A stretch of DNA of 64,000 bases from Sminthopsis crassicaudata (Eukaryota): positions 295,631,765 to 295,695,764 of the forward strand of contig NC_133620.1 in NCBI RefSeq assembly GCF_048593235.1, given 5' to 3'. The notes under the pieces were generated by a model, which worked only from the letters and a program-made list of their open reading frames with translations, did not search any database and had not been told where the DNA came from. How positions within the stretch are numbered: position 1 is the first letter of the stretch; each line of letters starts with the position of its first letter. Of the stretch, positions 48,645 to 64,000 are shown piece by piece. The translations under genes and the position numbers were made by a program.

Positions 48645-48725
48645 AGCCTGTCTGGAGCAGCACTCTCAATACTGGCATGGCTTTCCTTCAGGTGCCAATA
48701 TTTCTGTGCTGCTAAAGCCAGGGAG
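48645..48725 (-). ncRNA. MIR195: pre-miR-195 hairpin
   Basis: 48694-48714 is the reverse complement of UAGCAGCACAGAAAUAUUGGC (miR-195-5p); complementary 3p arm at 48654-48675. Confidence 0.95.
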
Positions 48726-48999
48726 GCCAAGGTGGTGGTGGGAGTGGGTAAGGAGAGCAAAGGTACGGAAAGATTTCATCAGTTGAGGTAGCACTTTTCC
48801 CTGAACGCTTAGGATTTCTCCCAAAGTTTCTGGGAGGGTATTCTTCAAAGTCTCCGCAAGGTGGCCCTAGGATCTTCTCTGGTGAGATACTCCTGTGTAT
48901 TTGTGGGATCTATCCATTTTGTTTGTCATCCGTCCTCCAGGGCGTCCAAGGTGTCCCGCTCCGGGTCCAAGTTGTGGTGGTGGCAGTGATGCCTTCCTT

Positions 49000-49078
49000 A
49001 CCCTCACTCTAACATCACAGTGTGGTTTGGACTTGGCCACAACACCGAACAAACCACAGTGTGCTGCTGGGGCGGAGG
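49000..49078 (-). ncRNA. MIR497: pre-miR-497 hairpin
   Basis: 49049-49069 is the reverse complement of CAGCAGCACACUGUGGUUUGU (miR-497-5p); 3p arm at 49008-49029. Confidence 0.95.
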
Positions 49079-52000
49079 CAGGATGGGATTTGGGAGTAGT
49101 GTGCTGTGAGAAACAAAAGGGTAGTAGAGACACAAGTACATTGAAGGAAAAACTAAGAACATAAAGCCAATCGGTGGAGGGACGTACCTGGCTTGTTAGA
49201 AGGAATTTTGGGGATGCAGTGGCAATGGGAGGGAAGGAGGCAAGAATGCAGATTAGGTAGACAAAGAATTCTCAGAATCTGGCCAAAAAAAAAAAAGGAT
49301 AGAAACCAGCCCAAGATTTTCTTAGGAGCTGGTTCTATATGTGCACAACTGATTAAGAACCTCACCTTACTTAGCCCCTGCCCTAAACAAGTGTACACAC
49401 ATCTATTCTCCAAAGGCAGACAAATACAAAAATACCCCAAATAAGGCTAACAAGTGGTGAAAACCAGTTCTAGATGTGGATGGGGCTGGCTCTGAATTGG
49501 AGGTGGAAGCCAGAATACTGCTTGGGACTCTGACCTGGCACAAAATGAGAGGAAGGAAGAGCAGGAATTGTAGAGGGGTGGGAAAATGAGTGGCAAAAGC
49601 CTAGAGAGAAGCCACTTTTGGGCATTTCTACCTACCTCTACCTTGCTCCATAACTCCAGTATGGGTCCTATTTGGGACCCATTGTGTCCTTTTCTACATA
49701 CTCACCCTCATATCCCATCAATCAGGCCCAAGTCCCCAAGGGGAAGCCACGTTGAACATACAAACATTCCCCCCTTTCCTCACCCATGCTCCTCCCCAAC
49801 CTCCAGGCCCTTCCTCCTGACACGTCTTCTGTCCTCCCACATCCTCCCATCTTGTCTGAGACACTAGAGGTAATGGGGGTGCAATTTAAAAAAAAAATCT
49901 ACATTTGAGTCTGTAACAAACATAAATCTAAAGTCAAGAGCAAAAATCATTCTAAGAAAAATTAAAAGTACTTTCTAGATATATTAAAAAATATATATGC
50001 ACACATACCATCAAAAACCCCTTTAAATTTCCAAAAAGAAAGAAAAGAAAAAATCCCAGAAACCAAAAAGAGCTAAGATGGTGTAAACAGTTTTTCAGGT
50101 TTAGGAGGAATCCGGACACCCCCTTCTAAACCTCTCCACCTTCAACACACCAGACTTCTAGTTATCACCTACATTACCCCTCAAATGTAAGAACCCCTAA
50201 AAAAATCTTAATTTTAATCTTTAGGAGAATTATTTAAAAATTAGAGATGGAAGCCAATGAGAGATGAAGAGGTGTAAAAATTCTTTGGTCTCCACTTTTA
50301 GCTTTGAGGTGATGTGTGCTATGAATTTCAAGGCTCAAGAAATAACTTCAACCTGTCACCCTATCTTCAAAGTCCATACCCCAACTCCCACCATCCCCCC
50401 CAACTTCCCTTATTTTGCCCCCAAACAGGGAATACCTCCCTGACCCCTCCCCACTTACCTCAGCTATTCCCCCCTGGTTCCTGGTCCCCCCCTCATTTCT
50501 GAAGGGAGCCGATTTGGAAGCACATTCCCCAAGTTAGGGGCCCAGGAAGAGGAGACACCCCAAGTCGTATCTTCGGCCTTCTCTTTTCTCCTGGCTGACT
50601 TAAGGAATGGGAAGTGTCTTAAGATGGGAGGAACCCCCCCCAAGAGGGCTTAGGAGTGGGGTTTCCTCACTCCAAGTTAGAATTGGGGACACCCTCCCCC
50701 CCTCCCAATCCATCCGTCTCCAACTTGGGTGGGAGAGGCAACAGAAATGCCCAAGTCAGATTACACCAACACTACATTCCTCACCCACCCTATAGGGGTC
50801 CAAAGCCCCCCAAAAAATCTCTAAAAAATTGAGGGTCAAGGGAGGACCACCCTTGACCAGCTCCCCAAATCTCAGACACTCAGGTCCCCCCGTTTCTCCA
50901 GGAAAATTCTTCCTTTTGCTTGCCTCCCGCCCGCCCTGCTCTGTCCTGATGCCAATTTTGGAAGTCACTCTCCCTCCTCCTCCCGGGTGCCCCAGCCCGC
51001 CCCTCTCCCCTTCCAAGGCTGAGATGCCCGACACCTGGGGATGTGGTCAAGAGTCCTTCCCAAGGATCTGGGGAACATGGGGCCCAGTTCATTCCCCCTA
51101 CTCCCTAGGAAGCTGAGAAGCCCGCTTCTCTCTCCCCTCCCCTCCCCCCAACCCCGGCTGGGTCTCTGTGGTGGTTTAAAGAAGCTTTGAGGACTGGAAT
51201 CTGCCATTGCAGTTATACAGCCAGGTTTTTTGTTGTTGTTGCTGCTGTTGTTGGGGTTTTTTGTTTTGTTTTGCTTTTGGTATAAGTTTGTTTTTTGTTT
51301 TTTTTTGGGGGGGGCAACGGGGGAAGGAGAAGCAGAAAGAATGCTTGGGTCCCTTAATCCCCCCCACCAGATCTTGTTCTCTTTGGGAACCTATCCGTCA
51401 ATCTAACTCCTTCCAATTTCCTGCATGCTTCTGGCAATCCCAAAGGATTACCAACTTTATGGGATGGTGGTGGTGGGAGCTCTAGTTCGGGCATCGAATT
51501 TCAAATCCCCACTCTGGCTTCTAAATCTCACAGCTACAGAGGCTCTTTGTTACTAGGATCTAGCAACAATTTGAGTCCTTCAGACACATGTATTCCATAA
51601 CTAACTGAAAAATCTCCAAGTCAGCACCCCCAAAATGTGACAAGCGCTCTCAGACCTATACTCTCAGTCCCTGCATCCTCCCCCCATAAAGTACTCCTGA
51701 AAGTAAACCCTAAAAACTGGTCGCTGAATTCCTCAAACCCTCTCAGTCTCCAACTGTAAATAGAAACCCAGTTAACTGCTTCACACCCAAACTGCATTCC
51801 TAATTGAATTCTCAGCAGATTTCCAATCTCGAACCCATCGACGTCCTAAAGTATTTGTTAACAGCTTCCACACTCACTGCCTCCAGTCTGGGCTTGTGTC
51901 CTCCCTGATAATCTTTCTCAAACCCAAGGGGCTCCTTAAAACCTGTTTCTGCTCCCAGTCATAGTTAACCTCCAAATGATGTCAGAACCCCTTTTTGTTT

Positions 52001-52986
52001 TCCTACAGAATTAGAGGACAATCACCCTTTCCCACCAAGAACAGAGCTCGGGAACTTGCAAAGAATCTTCTCTCCTTGACCCCCTGAACTACTCCATGAT
52101 CCTTTACTATGTCTTTCCTACTTTCCAGTATGACCCCAAATTAAAATTAATGATGCTTGCTTAAGGTCCTTAAGGGATTGAATTGCAGATAATTAGCATG
52201 ACTAAGGATTAAGAGAATTCTACACAACCTCCTCTGACCGTCTTGTCCACTGGGCTACCCTTGCCTCATGTCCCCTTAGCCAGAAGCTTTCCACATCTCT
52301 GAATTGTATTAAGCTCCACTAAGCCCTGGCGGGGCTTACGCCATGGGCGTACAGGGAAGGTAGGAAACAGTCACTTCTAGCTCCCAAGAAGCTCAGAGCC
52401 TTTGGGGGAGACTACATGCGGCTAGGTACAAACACAAGGACAGGATGGAAAATCAATAGACACACTCTCCCCCGCTCCCTTCTTTACACTCCCATTCCCA
52501 CCTCCGTTGCTACGGGCTTAGCTTTCCCTACTCCGAATACCCAGGGGGATGGGAGGGTGAAGTTGTGGGAGTATGAGTTACAGCTGGGCAGTGAGGCTCC
52601 TTTCCCAGACCCTAACCCTCCTGAATGTCTGGGACAACGCAATGCTGCCATCTTGTGGCATGTCATGGGACAGGCTCCTCAGTGAACCAAAAGCCTGTTC
52701 CGTGGTCTGGGCGAGCTAGAAACCCGGTCCCCTGGGAGGAGCGAGGGACGGGGAAGTAGAGGGCCATCTGTCTAGTTCTAGATGCAAAGTGAAGAGAGGC
52801 CGCCGTTCAAATGTCGCCTCTATTAGAGGCTGTGCAACCGCGGGCAAATGTTAACCTCTCTGGAGTCTCAGCTGCCTCACTTGTATAAGATTTGTTGCTA
52901 GCTAAAGCTTATGTCTATAGGATTAGCTAATACTTAATTCAGCATTGTTAATATGGGATAAGATAACGTACAAATAGCGCAGCAAT

Positions 52987-53012
<26 letters not shown>
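52987..53012. repeat. (CA)13 microsatellite
   Basis: Perfect dinucleotide run. Confidence 0.95.
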
Positions 53013-53017
<5 letters not shown>

Positions 53018-53199
53018 GCTTGAAGAGTGGAGTCTGGCAGGAGGGGAAGAGTCTGTAGCTTCGAGTGGCCGGGATGCCAGTGTGCCCCGATCCTCTCCAG
53101 ACTTCCGTCCTGGCTTGGGGGGTTTCCCCACCCACTCTAGCGGAAGCAGCTGGACTGTCCGTCCTGTCCCCGTACAATGGGAGGAAATGGACTAGAAAT

Positions 53200-54010
53200 C
53201 ACATCCGCCCCTCCCTTCACTGCCTCTCCCTCTCAGGTCTCCCTCCCCGACTCTCTCTCGCGGTTCCCCTGCGAGGCCGGGCCATGAACATTTTCTGTAG
53301 CTACGTGGCAGCTACACAAAGTTTAGGGTTGAGGCCAGCCTTCTTGCTAGGGACTCTTAGACATCAGGGACAAAAACCTGCTCTCAATAACTTTTCTTTC
53401 CACCTCTCGAACTGGGATGCTCGACTCTAGCTGGAATTTTCTTTTCCCGCCAGGACTCTTTTAGTCGGCAATCCCTCTCTTCCCTCCCGCTGTTTGCCTC
53501 CGCAAGTTCCTAATTGACCCCCGAAGGCCTCCCCCAGTGGTCCTAGACCCTAAAACTTTTCTCTGGCTTTCCAAGAGGCCCTGCAATAGTCAGAGTTCTC
53601 TAACCCTAAATCCCGGTTCCCATGAACCTTCAACGCTATTCCGCTAGGACCGGCAGATCACACCTTTCACATGCTTCCGAGGTCCCACCCCCAGTCTCCC
53701 CCCTCTAGGCAGGCAGGAAGGATGCCGACCCAAATGCTTCCCCTCCTCCCTCCTCCCGCCCCCAACATCCCGCCGGGATAAAGGAGTCAGGGCTGGGAGA
53801 GATACTCCGCCCCATCCCAGCCAGAGCAGAAACCGCAGCCCCTGCCGGACGGGGGTGAAAGAAGGAGGGGACACGCACTCCGGGGATCCTGAGAAGTGTA
53901 GGGGCAAGTTGGGCTGGAAAGCGAGGGACCCAGGGAGTTAGGCATAATGTGCTGGAGGGAGTAAGACTGCAGGGTCGGAGGGGGGCGGGGAGGGCGGGCG
54001 AAGATCTCAG
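53200..54010 (+). promoter_or_regulatory. CpG-rich putative BCL6B promoter / non-coding first exon
   Basis: CpG- and GC-box-rich, GATAAA box ~53778, candidate donor GA|GTAAGA at 53961. The first coding exon has an acceptor at 54506-54507, so an upstream exon must exist. Confidence 0.55.
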
Positions 54011-54519
54011 GAGTCTCTGATGTCTCTGGATAGATTTGGGGAAATAGTCGAGGAGAAGGGAAGAACAAGATGCCAGCTTTGGATCAAATCCCAGGTCTAG
54101 GATTTTGGAATGTCATTAACATCACTTCACTATCTCCTGTTAAATGAAGAATATCATTAAGAATTGGTTGAGTCTAGAGTTTTCCAAAAGCGGTTTTTTT
54201 GAATTCTCCCCTGCATGGGATAGGGAATTAGGATTCTGGTGACTGGTGCACCAGATCTTGGGAAGAGCCGCACTTTGGCGATGGGAGGTGGGGAAGAAGG
54301 ACCCTTGACTTCCAGCACTTAAGCCATATTTAAGTCCGAAGGCTTGCAGAGGCTGCCCTTCAGGAAACATATCCTGAGAAAAGGTTGGGGAGGAGAGGGA
54401 GGCCGTTCCAGGGGAACAAGAAGGGCCCAGACTAGGAATCTGCCTATTCAAAATCCTGAAGAACAAACACCCTGGTTCTTTGACTCCCACGTCTCATTCA
54501 TTTCCAGGCCACCCTCATC

Positions 54520-58587
<4,068 letters not shown>

Positions 58588-60899
58588 GGGCCAGGCTTGT
58601 GGCTCAGCTTACCCTTACCCTCACCCTTTCCTGGTTCTAATGTTGATCTCAATCCAGTTTTTCACTTCGGGGAGAGCAGGGGTAGCAGATCTACTAGGTC
58701 TGTTTCCATTTTGCTGGCCAAAATCTCTTCCCTTTGGGATTTTTTGCCTAGAAGAATTAGGTTGCCTGGCAGGGAATAGCACTCAGCTAATTTCAGTTCT
58801 TCTATAAATATAATTTATTGGAGTTACTGGGTGAAGTTGATGATTTTTTCTCACAAGGAACCATATTCCCCATTTCCTCATTCCTCCCCCACACCCATTA
58901 GGGAATTATGTGGCTAGAAGTGATCCACAGTAAAGTGAGATTATAGCTCTGCTGGCAGAGCCAAGCCTGGGGACCCATTTGTACCTAAGCTTGAATATTT
59001 CATATAATTATTATTATAGTCATTTTACATAAAGAAACTTTTTTTTTTTTTTTTTTAATTTTACAAGAGGTAAGAACCTTTATTCTACAGCATTTTAGGA
59101 ATCCTCTGGGGGCAATGAAGCCAAGCCATGCCATTCTGGAAAGTGATGGATCTTAAATCAATGTTTTTCTCTGTGGCTGTAGAACAGAACGACCCCTTCA
59201 GTGATCGAGATGTAGAGAAAATAAATCTTTCATCGTAGCTCTGTAAGAAGTTTTGGGGTTCTTCATTACTCCAAAGTGGGGGCTGGTAACCTCCAGAAAT
59301 TTCATTAGTTCATGCCTAATCACCTAGAAGAGGGGGAGTGGATCCTTCGTGGTGAATATAATATTATATGTTTTCTCTTATCACTGTAGAGTTGGGTCTG
59401 GGACCTAACCTGACATTTTTCAAATTAGCAAATTTGCGCAAAAATTGGGAACTTACATATTGGCTCTAGAAAGGAATCTAGAATTCCTTGCTACCTTAGA
59501 ATTCAGCCTGCTTATCTGTTAGGCTGCTGGAACTCTCTATATTGTTTCTATATTGTCTTTTGGATTGACAAGGACTGAGGTCCTTGAGGCAGAGGTGATA
59601 CCTTTTGTTTGGGTCTATGATCTCTTTCCTTAGTGTTTTCTCTTGCAGAGAAGAAAATGATCATTTATTTTTCCTTGATGCTGGACATTGCCTCATTAGT
59701 CTTTTACTGTAACTAGAAAACTTTAGTTCAAGAAATCTTGGGTGCTATGTAATGCTGTCTTCTTGTTGTTGTTGTTGTTTTTAAGCTTAGAAACTGTTCT
59801 GGGATATCATTTTTGTTTGTTTTGAACCTCAAAAGATATCATAACCTAAGGCTATAAAGAGGCGTGGGAAGAGGAAAGAGATATTTCAAGTTTCATGGAA
59901 TAGAACATGGACTGGACATTTAAGGGACTGTTGTAATTGCTGAGTTGAGGTTAAGGGCTTTCAAAAGGATGGTCTGTCAAGAACAACCTCTGACTATTGG
60001 ACAGAAAAGTAGACTTCTGTGTATCTGGGCCCAGGATTAAAGAAGACATTTCCAAATGACGTTGGTTTCACAAGCTGGGATCAAGTGAACCTTGTATTCT
60101 GATCTAGTTGAACAAAGGGTTGGAAATAAAATCAATTCCTTTCAAGATGGAGAAGTCTTATTACAGTTATACATCTTTACATCAAAGCTGTGCAAATGGA
60201 TAGACTCGTATTTCCCTACAAATTATTTTTGGTAGTGTGAGAGACTCATCGTAGTTAGGCAACTGAATTTGGTGGCCCTTGCTGAGGTGAAAATAGAAAG
60301 AGGAGAAAAATGAGAGACCAGGGGTGATATTTAGAGGGAGAATGAAGGGAAAATGAATGAGAGATGGATCAATGAGTGGATGGATCTAAAACGGCATACT
60401 GTATGAGACTTGGAATAAAGAAACATTAATATCATTTGTTGCTGGTTTCTTGGTCATATCTGGAATGGGGAGCTGTGATTAGGTGAATTTTAACTTATAC
60501 TCTCCAGACTAACAACACTAGCCCCTTCCAACTACACTCTCCACAACTTCAGACTCATTGCTTGTGATATCATAAAGCTCCAGAGCCACCTGCATCCTGT
60601 CCCATATGAGGTGACTTCCTATATGAGTTGTGGGACTGAGGAGGAAATCTGAAAGCTCTGTCAAGGGGCAGCAGTACTTCTTTCCTGAAATATGATTAAA
60701 CATCCTGATCTTTCTCATCCCCTGAATTCTTTTTCTACTCTCACTACGCAGTTATCCCTTCACAACATGTCATTTCAGGACACATATCTATGTGTGTTAG
60801 AGAAAGAAAAAGGACTATTTTGTATAATCAGCAGTTTTGATTTATTAAGAGCCTGCTGTGTCAATTCAGGCCTAATATAAGGTCAGTGTAATAACACCC

Positions 60900-61110
60900 A
60901 AGGGAATCAATGCATTCTTAAGAGAGACAGTGTACTGGAATAAAGAAATAGAAATCCTATTGGACTCCATCTGGTCAGCAACATCTGGGATATTATGTTC
61001 AGTTCTGGGCACTACATTAGGAAGGAGGTTGGTCATGTGGAGAAAATCCAGAGGAGGGCAACCAGGATAGTCAAGGTTTTTAAGTTCACACTATGTAAGA
61101 ATGATCAACT
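60900..61110 (+). mobile_element. CR1/L3 ORF2 relic
   Basis: gttcagttctgggcactacattaggaagga..gagaaaatccagaggagggcaaccagg = VQFWA.H.RK..EKIQRRATR. Confidence 0.7.
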
Positions 61111-61599
61111 TGGAGAAGATAGTTCTTCCAATACTCAGATTCAGCTAACTTATTTGCCATCACTTATGATATTATTATTATATATTAATGCCTATTCTTT
61201 AATGTTATTTCCACTAATGAAATGATACCAGTTTCTGATGTTGAAACATTTGATAGCACCAAAGACTTTGGTGGCAAAAAGCTTTTTTTTTTTTTTTTTT
61301 CTTTTTTTTTTTCCCTGGGGCTTCAGTAGCTATGGCCGTAGCACCTTTCAGAAAGCATCTCCTGATGCTCTATCTGAGGGCACTGAGCTGAAAGCATTGC
61401 TATTCCCAGGGCTTTGGGGACCAGAGTCTTTTCATTCATTAACTTGGAGCTATGAAACCTTGATACAGGTGTGAAGAAAATTATTATGATTTTCATAATT
61501 ATTGATATGATGTGTATATAATGAATATACATCTAGATTTTTCAGAGCTACCATTTTCTCAGCAGACTCTTACTTGGGATTCAGTCTTACATTTCACCT

Positions 61600-62045
61600 T
61601 GAAATGATCAATCAATTCTTGACAACTTTCTCCTGTGTATGTTAAGTGAAGTAAACCAAAGATTGTAGAATCTGTTCCTGTCACAGAATTCTGGTCCTGT
61701 CCCCCACCAAGTAAAGCAATCTTGGGAGATTTGAAACAATCACTTAAGAATTGTTCCCATAGAATTGGAAAATACCCATATTGTCCTGTACTTATGGGCT
61801 TATCATGGGAAAACTACTCAGGCTGTGAAAATGATTGTCTTATAATCTACCTTCTACATCCCTTCCCAGTTATGATTTGTGTATAAAAATCTCAATCTCT
61901 CCTGCAACAGCAGGAGGTTTCCTGCTCAGAAGAGCTTCCAGTTTGCAAACTGTATTTCTCACTCTGAAAGTAATTAATTAAAATGCTAGTTGAGCTCTAA
62001 AAACCTGTTTCTAGGCCTGCTTTGTTTGTTCTAGCTATTCACACA
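61600..62045 (+). mobile_element. LTR-like element
   Basis: TATAAAA ~61882, ATTAAA ~61977 and a terminal ..ttcaca; the 5' end and TSD are not resolved. Confidence 0.4.
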
Positions 62046-62394
62046 ATTTAGAGACCAATAAAGTAAATTCTGTTAACACAGGGGAACAAAAATACAAAAA
62101 ATAATTACAAGTACATAAAAGAAATCATAAGAACTATTCAATTTCTTAGGGAGAAAAGGCCTTTACTCCTTTGGAAGATCAGGCAAGGCTTCGTGAAAGA
62201 AGTAACCTTTGGTTTGAACTTGAAAGAATTAATTCAAAAATTGGAGGAAGTGGGTGGGGGAATTCCAAAGCATAGGGATTTGAATGAACAAATATTAGCA
62301 GGAAATCTCAAAATGTGTGGACCAGATGGCAAATAAGGAAGTTTGGCTGGAGTGATTATTTACAGTTTATTCTGTATCTTGTTTTGTACATAAT

Positions 62395-62510
62395 TTGCAT
62401 CTAGTCTTCCTTATTAGACTGTGAGCTACTTTTTCTTTTCTATGACTCCTCAGCACTCAACCCAGTGCCTGACACATAGTAAGTGCTTAATAAATGTTTA
62501 TTGATTGACA
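62395..62510 (+). mobile_element. L2 3' end
   Basis: ttagactgtgagct..cagtgcctgacacatagtaagtgcttaataaatgtttattgattga. Confidence 0.75.
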
Positions 62511-62970
62511 TTAAATGGTGGCAATTAATATGAAATGAAGCCCTTGTTGACCATCCTCCCCTGTTTCTCTAATTCTATCTCTTTTTGTTTTCATTCGTTT
62601 CATTTTATTTAGACTTTATTCATCAATGAAATCCCACTACAGGCAAAATACAGAGGTACTTAATATTGAGGTCTAGATTCAGAACATGAATTACAGGTAA
62701 AGTTTCCCAACAGTGAACATGGAGTTCAACCTCAGGACCCATTAATGGCATGATATATACCCACTTACACCTTCCTTACTACGGAAGAAAATAAATCCAC
62801 ATTAAATATTCCTTGAGGTAGTATTTAGCAGAAAATTGAGATAGTCATAATTTACTAATATTCCTATTCCCTCAGGAACATCTAAATGAAGGAAATAGCC
62901 TAGCAGAGGTATATTTCACAACTACAAGTATTTACTTAGTGGAGGCTTGTTAGGGTCTTTTTACAAATGG

Positions 62971-63175
62971 GTCAAGCCCAGTGGCTTGATTTGCATTTAT
63001 TGAAATTATTCTTAAGGGCTTCTATCACAGACTTCATTTCCCCATATACTTCTTCCAGGTGGATTGCGTCCTCCACCAAGGATGCATTAATGATGACTCT
63101 GGGCTGGAGATGTCCTTTGCCTTTGGCTTTGGTGTTCTTGGTAGCAAAAATGTCAGATAGACACAGTTGGATGGG
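62971..63175 (-). pseudogene. MRRF: Mitochondrial ribosome recycling factor retrocopy fragment
   Basis: Reverse strand PTVSI*HF/ATKNTKAKGKGHLQPRVIINASLVEDAIHLEEVYGEMKSVIEALKNNFNK versus human MRRF AVPVRHFATKKAKAKGKGQSQTRVNINAALVEDIINLEEVNEEMKSVIEALKDNFNK. In-frame TGA and +1 T frameshift; no intron within the match. Confidence 0.9.
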
Positions 63176-64000
63176 TCCCACATTGCTAGTAGTCATTCCA
63201 TGTTATATATGTAATCCTCAGCCTAACTTTTGAAACAAGCGTTGTCAAAAACTGAGAGTTGCAAAATCCAGACTGCACCCAATGAAACCACAGGCCGCAG
63301 TTTCTGCTGTTGGGGAAACAGACTTTGGGCTGGTCTCACATTGTTTTTCTAATTCTCAAAAAGTATTGCACACCCCCTTCCCCTTTTCCTATCAGAACTA
63401 ATATGAAGTTCTGAATCATTATACTTTTCTTTCCCCACCTCACTTTGACCACCCTTCAGTTTGGATAACCCTATGCTGAAGACTGGTGGAGAGATTCCAA
63501 GATGCTATCTTTGCCCTTGAGGAACCCAGAAACCAAATAGAGGAACTGATACTAGTTTTGAGGGATAGAAGAAGAATTGAAGCAGAGCTAAGGCCTGAGA
63601 AAAGATAGGTTATTTAGAACTCAATTGGTAAGGGTATTGAGGAAAGAGGATCTGTTAGTACAATATCTGGGTTCATTGCTTATCTTTCTCTCCAACCTGT
63701 GAGGAATTAGAGACACAAAGACAGAGAATTAATGAAAAGGTCGTTGCCCTGTAGCAGAGGGAAAGGTTCTCCTTCCTGAGGAGAAAAGAAAGAGGATGGT
63801 GAATGTGGTTCTCACCACTACTCTTCTCAGTCATTTTTTCCTCTTTTCTGATGTCCTGTTTTTGAGAATAGAAGTGATAGGGCCAGGCATCTTGGTCCAA
63901 AGATAGAATCCATCACCCAAGTCCACAGATCTACCTTTCTTCCCTTCAGAAAATGAATTTTAGGAATCAAAACTGTCTTAGTCCTGATTCTTAGGGTGGA

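Noticed and set aside
50400-52700. Exons or promoter of the MIR497/195 host gene
   Set aside because: A host transcript must cross this region on the - strand, but I cannot place splice sites or a TSS from sequence alone
63300-64000. Start of SLC16A13, expected from human synteny
   Set aside because: No recognisable coding sequence or CpG island before the window ends

Overview
Marsupial genomic DNA, probably a dasyurid (inferred from WSINE1-type CORE-SINEs and marsupial-type L1), syntenic with human 17p13.1. The right half holds four intact + strand genes that I spliced by hand with canonical GT-AG junctions and open frames: ALOX12 (14 exons, 665 aa), RNASEK (3 exons, 99 aa), C17orf49/BAP18 (6 exons, 172 aa) and BCL6B (8 coding exons, 474 aa). 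The MIR497/MIR195 cluster lies on the - strand, and an MRRF retrocopy fragment lies near the end. The first 28 kb is a decayed, rearranged accessory region. It contains scattered lipoxygenase pseudo-exons (exon 1 +, exon 2 -, exons 12-13 +) and two extra copies of the ALOX12-3'/RNASEK-promoter block, one still a CpG island and one decayed. It also contains a degraded betaretrovirus-like provirus (pol connection/RNase H/integrase, beta-type env TM, polypurine tract, 3' LTR) with nested insertions, and a SINE that appears to have been split, inverted and moved. All alignments were done by eye against remembered sequences, so identities and repeat boundaries are approximate. No CRISPR, rRNA or tRNA genes were seen.
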